64,000 nt of DNA. Origin: Bacillota bacterium. Its GTDB lineage: Bacteria; Bacillota; Clostridia; Christensenellales; CAMQZB01. Shown piece after piece: positions 8,717 through 17,531 of this stretch. Every line of letters begins with the position of its first letter. Positions within the stretch are counted from its first letter, which is position 1. The position numbers were made by a program, and so were the translations under genes. The stretch lies in contig JAWXUX010000001.1 in assembly GCA_044426045.1 (NCBI GenBank), forward strand, positions 65,816-129,815, written 5' to 3'. The notes under the pieces are model-generated. The model did not search any database. It was not told the DNA's origin and saw only the letters and a list, made by a program, of their open reading frames with translations.

Positions 8717-9178
8717 ATGAATAAAATTGAAAGTTTCAAAGTTGACCACACAAAACTTGACGCAGGACTTTACGTGTCAAGAAAAGATACAAAAAATGGC
8801 GTGACTGTCACTACTTTTGATTTGAGGGTGACAAAACCAAACGTCTGTCCACCAATCGATGTTCCCGCAATTCACGCAATAGAGCACATCATCGCAACCT
8901 ACCTTCGAAACAGCGAATTTTCTGGCGACGTTGTGTATTTTGGACCAATGGGGTGCAGGACGGGATTTTATCTTTTGATGTTTGGCGACCTTGCAAGCGA
9001 GGACGTTTTTGAAATTGTCAAAAATGCCTTCAAATTTGTTTGCGATTTCCAAGGTGAAATTCCAGGAGCAAGTGAAGTCGAATGTGGAAATTATAAAGAA
9101 CTTAACCTAACAACCGCGAAATACTACGCAAAAAACTATCTTTGCGACCTTGAAAATAAAAATTTCGAGTATAAATAA
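8717..9178 (+). CDS. luxS: S-ribosylhomocysteine lyase
   Basis: HAIEHIIATYLRN metal-binding HxxEH, plus YFGPMGCRTGFYL and the correct length (153 aa). Confidence 0.95.
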   Translation: MNKIESFKVDHTKLDAGLYVSRKDTKNGVTVTTFDLRVTKPNVCPPIDVPAIHAIEHIIATYLRNSEFSGDVVYFGPMGCRTGFYLLMFGDLASEDVFEIVKNAFKFVCDFQGEIPGASEVECGNYKELNLTTAKYYAKNYLCDLENKNFEYK

Positions 9179-9300
9179 GCAAAAAACAATTAAAACCAAC
9201 CAAAAACAACTAAAACCAACCAAAAACAGCATAATAGGGCGTTTATAAAAAATCGAGATTTGCGTATTTGTGTTTAGATTTTTTATAAGCACCCTAAAAT

Positions 9301-9334
9301 AAAAAACAGCGGGGAGAGAAGCCCGCTGTTTTTT
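9301..9334. terminator. Intrinsic terminator, A-run/T-run flanked (bidirectional)
   Basis: Stem CAGCGGG (9307-9313) / CCCGCTG (9322-9328), T-run 9329-9334. Lies 125 nt after the luxS stop. Confidence 0.7.
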
Positions 9335-9583
9335 GAGGATAGGAAATATGAATAATTTTATATCTATATAAGGTTCGCTGTTTCCAGCTGTTACTGTCTT
9401 TGTATGTTATATTTATACCATGCTGTTCTTAATATTTTCTTAATTTTCTAAATTATTTTTAATTTTCTAAAATAATTTTTGTTTTTCTAAATTTTTTATC
9501 TTTTTTCGACTTTCCGTCTTTGCTATGATATATTTATACCACTCATTTCTTAAATTAAACTGAAAAATTTCATTTTTTAAAAA

Positions 9584-9752
9584 CTTTAGGGCACTTCTAA
9601 AAAGTATTGACCAAAGATTGATTTCAAAAAAAGTGCGTATTTTTTGCAGGATTTCGACGTAAAACTGGACGTTTTTCTAGAAATTTTGTGAAAAATCAAG
9701 CCTTTTTTGGGAATCGAGATTTGCGTTAAGACTTTTTAGAAGTGCCCTTTAG
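9584..9752. repeat. MITE-like unit bounded by 22-bp terminal inverted repeats
   Basis: CTTTAGGGCACTTCTAAAAAGT (9584-9605) versus the reverse complement of ACTTTTTAGAAGTGCCCTTTAG (9731-9752) matches at 20/22. A third solo copy of the motif is at 9278-9298. Confidence 0.5.
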
Positions 9753-9813
9753 TATATATTTTGTAAAATTCTCAAAAACAACAAAAAAATTCACCTAAAT
9801 AACTTGTTATGAC

Positions 9814-9842
9814 TTGTATTTATATTCATAATATTGTATAAT
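9814..9842 (+). promoter_or_regulatory. Candidate sigma-A promoter for nadK operon
   Basis: TTGTAT (9814-9819), 17-nt spacer, TATAAT (9837-9842) preceded by TG. Confidence 0.4.
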
Positions 9843-9903
9843 GATAAATATAATATCAAAAAAATATCAAAAATTATCAAAAAAACTTTTGGGGAAGTGA
9901 GAA

Positions 9904-10698
9904 ATGAAGATATTTGTTTATCAGTCAAAAAACATAGCCGATATTTCATCCGAGCTTACGCATCTTGAAAATGCGGGAATAGCATACACCGTTGTTCATT
10001 GTTGGGGTGATGTCGCAAGTTTTGAAGGCTACAATGCGATTTTGGTTCTAGGTGGCGACGGCACGGTGCTTCGGTGCGTGGGAATTTCGGTTGAAAATGA
10101 TTTGCCAATACTTGCAATCAACATGGGTAACCTTGGATTTTTGACGTCATTTGAAAAAGACAAAATGGAGGAAGCGGTTTCCGCCCTTAAAAGTGGAGTG
10201 CTTGCCATTGAAGAAAGAATGCTTGCTGTTGCGTGCGGAAAAGATTTTGAAACGATTGCGCTAAACGATGTGGTGTTTGAAAGAAGTGACGGCGGGGTGA
10301 ATCAAGTTATCAATCTTGAAATGTCCTATAAAAATCACAAAATCGACGATCTTTGCGGAAACGGACTGATTGTTTCAACGCCAACGGGTTCAACTGCATA
10401 TTCGCTATCGGCGGGAGGCTCGATTGTTGATCCGCTTGAGTCGTGCATTATGCTAACTCCGCTTTGTGCGCATTCCTTGCACGCAAGACCAATTGTTTTA
10501 AGTGGCAAAAGGGAAGTTGAAATAAAGAATATATCACAAGATGATTGCGTTGTTATGATAGACGGCTTGAAAAAACAAATAATCAAACCAGATGAAGTTG
10601 TAACAGTTAAAAAATATCATAAAAAAATCAAATTTTTGAAAGTTGGGGAAGACTTTTTTGAAAAGCTTTTTGACAAACTTTCAAGATGGGGGAGGTAA
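9904..10698 (+). CDS. nadK: NAD(+) kinase
   Basis: GGDGTVLR, NMGNLGFLT and STPTGSTAYSLSAGG motifs. Confidence 0.95.
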   Translation: MKIFVYQSKNIADISSELTHLENAGIAYTVVHCWGDVASFEGYNAILVLGGDGTVLRCVGISVENDLPILAINMGNLGFLTSFEKDKMEEAVSALKSGVLAIEERMLAVACGKDFETIALNDVVFERSDGGVNQVINLEMSYKNHKIDDLCGNGLIVSTPTGSTAYSLSAGGSIVDPLESCIMLTPLCAHSLHARPIVLSGKREVEIKNISQDDCVVMIDGLKKQIIKPDEVVTVKKYHKKIKFLKVGEDFFEKLFDKLSRWGR

Positions 10699-10700
10699 CT

Positions 10701-11153
10701 ATGTCAAGAAAAATCAGACAAGCAAAAATAATTGATATCATTTCGTCTTGCGACATTGAAACACAAGACGAACTCTGCGAAAAGTTGAAAGAGGGGGGTC
10801 TTGTTGTGACACAAGCGACAGTTTCTCGCGATATCAAAGAACTTGCGCTTTCAAAAACAATCTCAAAAAACGGCAAGTATGTCTATACTCAACACGACGA
10901 TCACGACAAACGCGTGAGCCAAAAAGTTTTGAACATGTTCAAGGAAGCTGTGATTTCAATCAAGCATTCAAACAACATCATCGTGATCAAAACTCTCCCA
11001 GCATCAGCCCAAGCAGCGGCAGTTGCTGTCGATAGGCTTGCCTATCACGAAGTGCTTGGTTGCGTTGCGGGTGACGACACATTGTTTTTGGTTGTTGACG
11101 GCAATGAAAAAGTTAAAACAGTGATTGAAAAATTGTCGCAAATCATCTATTAA
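10701..11153 (+). CDS. argR: Arginine repressor
   Basis: MSRKIRQAKIIDII...TQATVSRDIKEL winged-helix N-terminus and GDDT C-terminal arginine-binding region. GGGGGAGG RBS before the ATG at 10701. Confidence 0.9.
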   Translation: MSRKIRQAKIIDIISSCDIETQDELCEKLKEGGLVVTQATVSRDIKELALSKTISKNGKYVYTQHDDHDKRVSQKVLNMFKEAVISIKHSNNIIVIKTLPASAQAAAVAVDRLAYHEVLGCVAGDDTLFLVVDGNEKVKTVIEKLSQIIY

Positions 11154-11188
11154 AAACACAAAAGAAATTTGAATGTATCGGGTGAAGT

Positions 11189-12862
11189 ATGCTGAAAGTT
11201 ATTAACCTAAAAAACATAGCTCTTATAAAGGAAGGTGAAATCAACCTTACAAGTGGGCTAAATATATTTTCCGGTGAAACTGGTGCGGGGAAAAGTATCA
11301 TTGTTGATGCAATGAACTTTTTGCTTGGCGCAAAAGCGGATAAAAACCTTATTCGTCACGGCGAAACGGAAGCTTTTGCCAGCGGTGTTTTCGACATCTT
11401 TGATAGGGCAGATGTGCAAAGTTTGCTTGCGGAAATTGGAATTGAGGAAGATGAAACTTTGATAATTTCAAGAAAAATGCAAGTGGATGGCAGGAACGAA
11501 ATTCGTATTTGTGGTAAAATTTGCACCTTAAGTATGCTAAAATCAATAACGAGCAAGATTTTCGATGTTCACGGTCAAAGTGAGCACTTTGCCTTGTCAA
11601 AATCAAGCTATCAAGAAAGGCTTGTTGATAAGTTCGCAAAAAACGATGAAATCAGGGAAGAATTCGCTGAAAATTTTGCAAAATATAAAGAAATCCAAAC
11701 GGAAATGGATGAATTTTCGGGAAATGGTGACGAGCGAGAACGTCAAATCGACGTCTATCGCTATCAAATCGCGGAAATCGAGGAAGCTAACCTCCAAAAT
11801 GGCGAAGAAGAAGAGCTTGCGGAAAAATTTAAACTTTTCTCAAGTGCGGAAAAACTCAAAGAAGCGCTTTATGAATGTGCGGGCAATTTGTCGGATGAAA
11901 ACGCACTTGGATATATCGGTGCTGCGGCAACTGCTTTGTCAAGAATAGCGAAATTTGGCGGTGACTTTGAAGAAATTTCTGCGAGACTCAGCAGTGTGTC
12001 AGCGGAAGTTGAAGATATTTTCGAGACAGTGAAAGATAAGCTTGAAAGTGTGGATTTTGACGAAGAAGAAATCAACCGAGTTGGTGAAAGGCTTGACACA
12101 ATCAAAAGATTGAAAAGAAAATATGGTGACAGCATTTCGGAAATTGAAGTTTTCCACAAAAACACATGTGAGAAACTTGAAAAACTAGAAAATGCAGAAT
12201 TTCACCTTGCAAAACTTGAAAAACAGCTTGGTGAAATTTCGGCAAAACTTGAAAAAATTGGCGAAAAACTCACAAAAATCAGAGAGGAAAAAGCGAAACT
12301 TCTCGCGAGCCAAATCGAAAACGAACTTCACGAAGTGGGCATGGAAAACGCAGTGTTTTCTGTCGCGTTTGAAAAATTGCAACTTCAAAACGCAACATCT
12401 CGCGGACTTGATAAAATGGAATTCATGTTTTCGGCAAACCTTGGCGAAAGCCAAAAACCGCTTGCAAAAATCATCTCGGGCGGTGAAATGTCGCGTTTCA
12501 TGCTAGCGATGAAAAACATCACCGCATCAATCGAAAACATCGATTCAATGCTGTTTGACGAAATCGACACGGGAATTTCAGGAAACGTGGGGCACCTTGT
12601 TTCGGAAAAATTTATCTCCATTGCAAAAAAACACCAAGTCATTGCAATTTCACATCTGCCACAAATTTGTGCGTCGGGAAAAAGCAATTTCTATATCTAT
12701 AAAGAAAGCGAAAATGGACAAACATTCACCCATATAAAACAGCTTTCAAGGGCGGAAAAAATCGCGGAAGTTTCCCGCCTTTCTGGTGGCGACAACAGCG
12801 TGCAATCGCTCGAGTTTGCAGAAAGCCTAGTTGCAAAATACGAAGAAATTCACAAAAGCTAG
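11189..12862 (+). CDS. recN: DNA repair protein RecN
   Basis: N-terminal Walker A FSGETGAGKSIIVDA, long coiled-coil, C-terminal SGGEMSRFMLA signature and LFDEIDTGISG Walker B. Confidence 0.95.
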   Translation: MLKVINLKNIALIKEGEINLTSGLNIFSGETGAGKSIIVDAMNFLLGAKADKNLIRHGETEAFASGVFDIFDRADVQSLLAEIGIEEDETLIISRKMQVDGRNEIRICGKICTLSMLKSITSKIFDVHGQSEHFALSKSSYQERLVDKFAKNDEIREEFAENFAKYKEIQTEMDEFSGNGDERERQIDVYRYQIAEIEEANLQNGEEEELAEKFKLFSSAEKLKEALYECAGNLSDENALGYIGAAATALSRIAKFGGDFEEISARLSSVSAEVEDIFETVKDKLESVDFDEEEINRVGERLDTIKRLKRKYGDSISEIEVFHKNTCEKLEKLENAEFHLAKLEKQLGEISAKLEKIGEKLTKIREEKAKLLASQIENELHEVGMENAVFSVAFEKLQLQNATSRGLDKMEFMFSANLGESQKPLAKIISGGEMSRFMLAMKNITASIENIDSMLFDEIDTGISGNVGHLVSEKFISIAKKHQVIAISHLPQICASGKSNFYIYKESENGQTFTHIKQLSRAEKIAEVSRLSGGDNSVQSLEFAESLVAKYEEIHKS

Positions 12863-12980
12863 GGTGGTTTCAAATAAATGGCACTTCTAAAATAAAATGT
12901 CAAATATAATATCAAAAGATAAAGTCAAAGGGAATTTCCGTTTGGAAGTATCCTAAAAAATAAGGAAAAGGAAAAATAAA

Positions 12981-14042
12981 ATGGACACGATAAGAGTTAA
13001 TGCAAAAAGTGGTAGCTACAATGTTTTGATAGGAACAAACGTCGGTGATGCGCTTTTTGAAAAAGTTGGCGACAGAAGAGTTTGCGTTGTAACCGACAAC
13101 CAAGTTTACGGCATATATCAAGACCAAATCAAAGAATATTTGCCACAAGCTGAAATCTTCGTATTCAAAAAAGGTGAAAAATCCAAAAGTGAAAAAACGC
13201 TTTTTGATATTTTGGAATATCTTCTTGAAAACGACTTTGACAGAAGCGGTGTTGTGGTAGCCTTTGGCGGTGGCGTTGTTGGGGATATCGCGGGCTTTGC
13301 TTCAGCGATATATATGCGCGGAATTGATTGCATTCAAGTGCCAACAACACTTCTTTCACAAGTGGATTCAAGCGTGGGTGGCAAAACGGCTATCAACATG
13401 AACCAAATCAAAAACATTGTCGGCTCATTTTTCCAACCGATAAGCGTTATTTGCGACACGGCATATCTTTCAACTCTTGAAAAATCAGATATCACAAGCG
13501 GTGTTGGCGAAATCGTGAAAACGGCGTGCCTGGATAAGCCACTATACGACTTTGTGAAAGCAAATATCGAAAAAATCTTCGCACTTGACACAACTGTTAT
13601 GGAAGAAGTTATTGCGATGTGCATCCAAATCAAGGCAGATGTTGTTTCTGGCGACGAAAAGGAAAAAAACGGACTAAGAAAAAAACTCAACCTCGGTCAC
13701 ACAATCGGGCATGCTTTTGAAAGCAGTGGCATTTTTGGCAGTGTTTCGCACGGCGAATGCGTGCTTTGCGGAATATATATCGAAGCGCTGATGGCAAAAG
13801 AAATGGGCAGAATCGAAGAAGATTATCTCGCCGATTTGCTCGCACTTGTCGAAAAATGCCTTGGATATGTGCCAAAACTCAACGATATCGACAAAATGGT
13901 GCGAGTTGCACTGAAAGATAAGAAAAACCACGGACACCAAATTTCCCTTATCATACCAGTCGATTTCGGCGAAACTGACGAAGTTTATATAACAGCGCAA
14001 GAACTTGAAACTATGCTTGAAGTGATTGATAAAAAGCTGTGA
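12981..14042 (+). CDS. aroB: 3-dehydroquinate synthase
   Basis: GGGVVGDIAGFASAIYMRGI..QVPTTLLSQVDSSVGGKTAIN and HTIGHAFE metal ligands. Confidence 0.95.
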   Translation: MDTIRVNAKSGSYNVLIGTNVGDALFEKVGDRRVCVVTDNQVYGIYQDQIKEYLPQAEIFVFKKGEKSKSEKTLFDILEYLLENDFDRSGVVVAFGGGVVGDIAGFASAIYMRGIDCIQVPTTLLSQVDSSVGGKTAINMNQIKNIVGSFFQPISVICDTAYLSTLEKSDITSGVGEIVKTACLDKPLYDFVKANIEKIFALDTTVMEEVIAMCIQIKADVVSGDEKEKNGLRKKLNLGHTIGHAFESSGIFGSVSHGECVLCGIYIEALMAKEMGRIEEDYLADLLALVEKCLGYVPKLNDIDKMVRVALKDKKNHGHQISLIIPVDFGETDEVYITAQELETMLEVIDKKL

Positions 14043-14098
14043 AAATAAAAATATCGGGGGACTGAAAGTTCCTTGAAAAAAAGAAAAAAGGTGAAAAA

Positions 14099-14515
14099 AT
14101 GAAAATTGAAGTAGTTAATGGCGTAAACCTTAACATGCTTGGAAAAAGAAAGAAGTCAGCATATGGCACGATAACTTTGAGACAGCTTGAAGAAACAATC
14201 GAAAACCATTTTGCGGGCAAAGGACTTGAATTTGAGTTTTTCCAAAGCAATTTTGAAGGTGAAATCGTTGAATTTATTCAAAAGTCAACAGCGGATCTCA
14301 TGCTTATCAATGCGGGTGCTCACACCCATTATTCATATGCAATAAGGGATGCGGTGGAAGATTCGCAAGTGAAAATTTGTGAAGTGCATTTGTCGGATAT
14401 AACAAAGCGTGAAGAGTTCAGAAAATTTTCCGTGCTTGAAGAAGTGTGTTTCGACAGAGAATATGGAAAAGGAGTGGATGGATATATCCAACTGATAGAA
14501 AGGAATATAAAATGA
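14099..14515 (+). CDS. aroQ: Type II 3-dehydroquinate dehydratase
   Basis: VVNGVNLNMLGKR...FFQSNFEGEIVEFIQ...INAGAHTHYSYAIRDA. Confidence 0.95.
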   Translation: MKIEVVNGVNLNMLGKRKKSAYGTITLRQLEETIENHFAGKGLEFEFFQSNFEGEIVEFIQKSTADLMLINAGAHTHYSYAIRDAVEDSQVKICEVHLSDITKREEFRKFSVLEEVCFDREYGKGVDGYIQLIERNIK

Positions 14516-15021
14516 TAGAAAAAATAGTGTTGATTGGTGCTATCGCCTCGAACAAAACCGCGATAGGAAGAAGCCTTGCCGAAAAAATGGAAATGTTTTT
14601 TGCAACTACTGATGAGCTACTAGAATATGAAAACACTGACATGTCGGAAATCCAAAAACTTTTTGGGGACCAAGGAACTGAAAAATATACAAATAAGACT
14701 CTTTCGGGTCTTAAAGACCTGCAAAACGCAGTTATCGTCGCCTATGACAACTGCCTTGAAACGGAAGCACAGCGTGAAATGGTGGGGAAAAATTCACTCG
14801 TCATTCATCTTTACGCTTCAAGCGAAGTTGTGTTCACGAGGCTGAAAAAACAAGGTAAAAAAGGCAAATATTCAGTTTATGATATCGAAGAAATCCAAAG
14901 AAAACTCTTGCCAATTTATAACAAAATGGCGGATATCAAGATTTCAATAAACCGAAAAACACAAAGTGCGGTGGAAGAGCAAATCATATCATCTATCGCA
15001 AAATATATGGAAAATAAATAA
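14512..15021 (+). CDS. aroK: Shikimate kinase homologue (divergent P-loop)
   Basis: ATGA overlap with the aroQ stop. Collinear with AroK by eye (IVLIGAIASNKTAIGRSLAEKM), but GxxGxGKS is GAIASNKT and the GGG loop is YDN. Confidence 0.65.
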   Translation: MIEKIVLIGAIASNKTAIGRSLAEKMEMFFATTDELLEYENTDMSEIQKLFGDQGTEKYTNKTLSGLKDLQNAVIVAYDNCLETEAQREMVGKNSLVIHLYASSEVVFTRLKKQGKKGKYSVYDIEEIQRKLLPIYNKMADIKISINRKTQSAVEEQIISSIAKYMENK

Positions 15022-15253
15022 AAAATACAATCACGTAAATAAAAAATATTAGCAAAAAAAGAAAATATAGGCACGAAGAATAAGAAAGTAAAAAACAAAA
15101 CAAAAATGAAAATACAACATATCGGCTTTTTTGCACCTAGCGAAAAAGCCGAAAATGCGTTTTAATAACACACACTTAATATAAATAAAAAATAACAAAC
15201 AAAGCAAACAAAGCAAACAAAATCAAGAAATAACAACAGGAAAAGGACAATAT

Positions 15254-15700
15254 ATGAGATCAATAGTACAAAGAGTTAACTTTGCAACACTCAAAATCGA
15301 CGGCGAAATTCATTCACAAATTGGAAAAGGGCTGTTGGCGCTCGTTGGCGTTGCCCCAGATGACGAGAATAAGGATGCCGAATATATCGCAAAGAAAATC
15401 GCTAAAATGCGTATTTTTGAAGTGGACGATAAAATGAATGCGGATGTTTCGCAAGCGGGCGGGGAAATTATGATAGTTTCGCAATTCACGCTTTTTGGTG
15501 ACATGCGTGGGGGCAATCGCCCATCATTCATCGCTTCCGCTGGCGGAGATTTTGCAAATCAAATGTATGAAAAAGTAGTTGAACTTGTGAAAGGCACTGG
15601 CATCAACGTCACAACTGGCGTTTTTGGTGCGGATATGAAAATCAATCTTGAAAATGACGGCCCCGTCACAATCATGCTAGATTCAAAAAGAGGGTTCTGA
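15254..15700 (+). CDS. dtd: D-aminoacyl-tRNA deacylase
   Basis: MRSIVQRV...GLLALVGV...SQFTLFGD..GNRPSF motifs, 148 aa. Confidence 0.95.
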   Translation: MRSIVQRVNFATLKIDGEIHSQIGKGLLALVGVAPDDENKDAEYIAKKIAKMRIFEVDDKMNADVSQAGGEIMIVSQFTLFGDMRGGNRPSFIASAGGDFANQMYEKVVELVKGTGINVTTGVFGADMKINLENDGPVTIMLDSKRGF

Positions 15701-16464
15701 TGAAGATTATTCCACTGTTTTCAGGAAGCAACGGCAATTGCACATTAATAAAAAGCGAAAATGCAAGCGTGCTTATCGACGCGGGCGTTTCAGTTCCAAA
15801 AATTCTTTCGGCGCTGAAAATGCGAGGCGAAAGCTTTGAAAGTTTATCCGCGATTGTGCTCACCCATTCACATCAAGACCACGTGAAAGGGGTTCAAAGG
15901 CTAGTGTTTCAAAAACCGCAAATGAAAGTTTATGGCTGTGCTGATGTGGAAAAATTCGCACTTTGCACGGGCTTTGAAACGATAAAAGCGGGAGACAGCT
16001 TTGATGTTTTGGATATAAACATCAAAAGTTTTGCCGTGCCCCACGATGTGCCATGCCTTGGCTTCACCTTTGAAAACGAAAGTGGAAAGGTTGGATATGC
16101 AACGGATATCGGCGAGGTGACAAGCCAAACGATTTCACATCTTGTGGGAAGCGAAACGGTGATGATAGAATCAAACTATGACGATACACTCCTTGCAAAA
16201 GGCGATTATCCAATATATCTCAAACGAAGAATTTCAAGTGTGCACGGTCACCTTGCAAACGCCCAAGCAAAAGAAGCAGTTTTGACTCTTTTGAATCACG
16301 GCACGAAAAATTTTATTCTCGCCCATCTTTCGGCGCAAAACAACACGCCTGAAATGGCGTATAAAGAAACTCAAAACCACCTCAAAGCAAATGGTGCAAA
16401 TTTATTTTCGGATTACACCTTGCACGTTGCAAAACGCTTTGGGATTGAGGATGAAATCACGTAA
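15700..16464 (+). CDS. MBL-fold metallo-hydrolase (YycJ-like)
   Basis: HSHQDH metal motif and an N-terminal SGSNGNCTLI..LIDAG strand. TGATG overlap with dtd. Confidence 0.8.
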   Translation: MKIIPLFSGSNGNCTLIKSENASVLIDAGVSVPKILSALKMRGESFESLSAIVLTHSHQDHVKGVQRLVFQKPQMKVYGCADVEKFALCTGFETIKAGDSFDVLDINIKSFAVPHDVPCLGFTFENESGKVGYATDIGEVTSQTISHLVGSETVMIESNYDDTLLAKGDYPIYLKRRISSVHGHLANAQAKEAVLTLLNHGTKNFILAHLSAQNNTPEMAYKETQNHLKANGANLFSDYTLHVAKRFGIEDEIT

Positions 16465-16484
16465 GGCGATTTCAAGGAGAAACA

Positions 16485-17531
16485 ATGGAAAATAAAACAT
16501 ACGGATTTGTTGAAGTTGAAAAACATAAAGAATTCAAACAGCCAATAGCCACATATGAACTGTTTTCTCACCGCACAGGCGGGCTCACATATCTTCTCGC
16601 ACTATTGCTCCCACAAATCTTGGGCGTTTTTGCGCTTATGATAATTGCCATTTTTGCCGAGGAAAACAGCGACCCCTATCTTTTTTGGGCGTATTTTATC
16701 ACCCAAGCGATCATGGCAGCTGCAATCGTGGTTTCAACGGATTTCAAATTGAAAAAAGCGTGCACTCGCATGCATTTTGGCAAAGCGGTGAAAAAATCCG
16801 ATTATTTATTGATGATTCCAATGTCGATTGTGCTAGTTTTGGGGCTCAACTTTATCGCGAGCATATTTATTGCACTGCTTGAAGAATTCGGATATGTCAT
16901 GCAAGAAGTTCCATTTCCCGACACGACAACTTTTGGCGGATTTATTGCGGGTTTCTTTTGCATTTGCGTCATGCCAGCGATTGTGGAAGAAAGTATTTTC
17001 CGCGGAGTGATACTTCGCAGTTTCTCGCAAGAAAACATGTGGAAAGGTATCGTGGTTTCTTCGGCGCTATTTTCACTTATGCACGGCAGTGCCCAACAAA
17101 CGGCGTATCAATTTGTGGTGGGGGCAATCCTTGCACTCGTTGCAATAAAAACGAACTCGATAATTCCAAGTGTAATTTTGCACATGCTCAATAACGCAGT
17201 GTCCCTTGTGTTGATGTTTTTTTCATATGATATGCAAGTCACTATTCTGACATATTCAGCATTTCCAGCGTTTCTTGCGGTGTGCGGTTTCGTTTATTAT
17301 TTTTATAAAAGGGAAACGCCGTTTATTGCAGAAGAGGAAGAGCACATCGCGTCAAATGGCTCGATAACAATGAAAGATGAAAACGGCAATGTGATTGGCA
17401 TGTCGCGCGACATTTCAGCAAGCCGTGAAGTTATCAAAAAAGGGAAGAAATATCAAGCGATAATCTTTTATTCTTCAGCGATTGCGTTTGGCATTTTCAC
17501 TTGGGTGACAATGCTTTATTTGGGGTATTAA
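16485..17531 (+). CDS. CPBP-family intramembrane glutamic endopeptidase (CAAX protease-like)
   Basis: EESIFRG, FSLMHG and HMLNN motifs within a multi-TM protein. Confidence 0.85.
   Translation: MENKTYGFVEVEKHKEFKQPIATYELFSHRTGGLTYLLALLLPQILGVFALMIIAIFAEENSDPYLFWAYFITQAIMAAAIVVSTDFKLKKACTRMHFGKAVKKSDYLLMIPMSIVLVLGLNFIASIFIALLEEFGYVMQEVPFPDTTTFGGFIAGFFCICVMPAIVEESIFRGVILRSFSQENMWKGIVVSSALFSLMHGSAQQTAYQFVVGAILALVAIKTNSIIPSVILHMLNNAVSLVLMFFSYDMQVTILTYSAFPAFLAVCGFVYYFYKRETPFIAEEEEHIASNGSITMKDENGNVIGMSRDISASREVIKKGKKYQAIIFYSSAIAFGIFTWVTMLYLGY

Noticed and set aside
9539-9553. Exact 15-mer CCACTCATTTCTTAA shared with 60477-60491, and 13-mer GGCACTTCTAAAA shared between 9590-9602 and 12880-12892
   Set aside because: In 64 kb of AT-rich sequence, counting both strands, a few exact 13-15-mers are expected by chance. 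The flanks do not extend the similarity.
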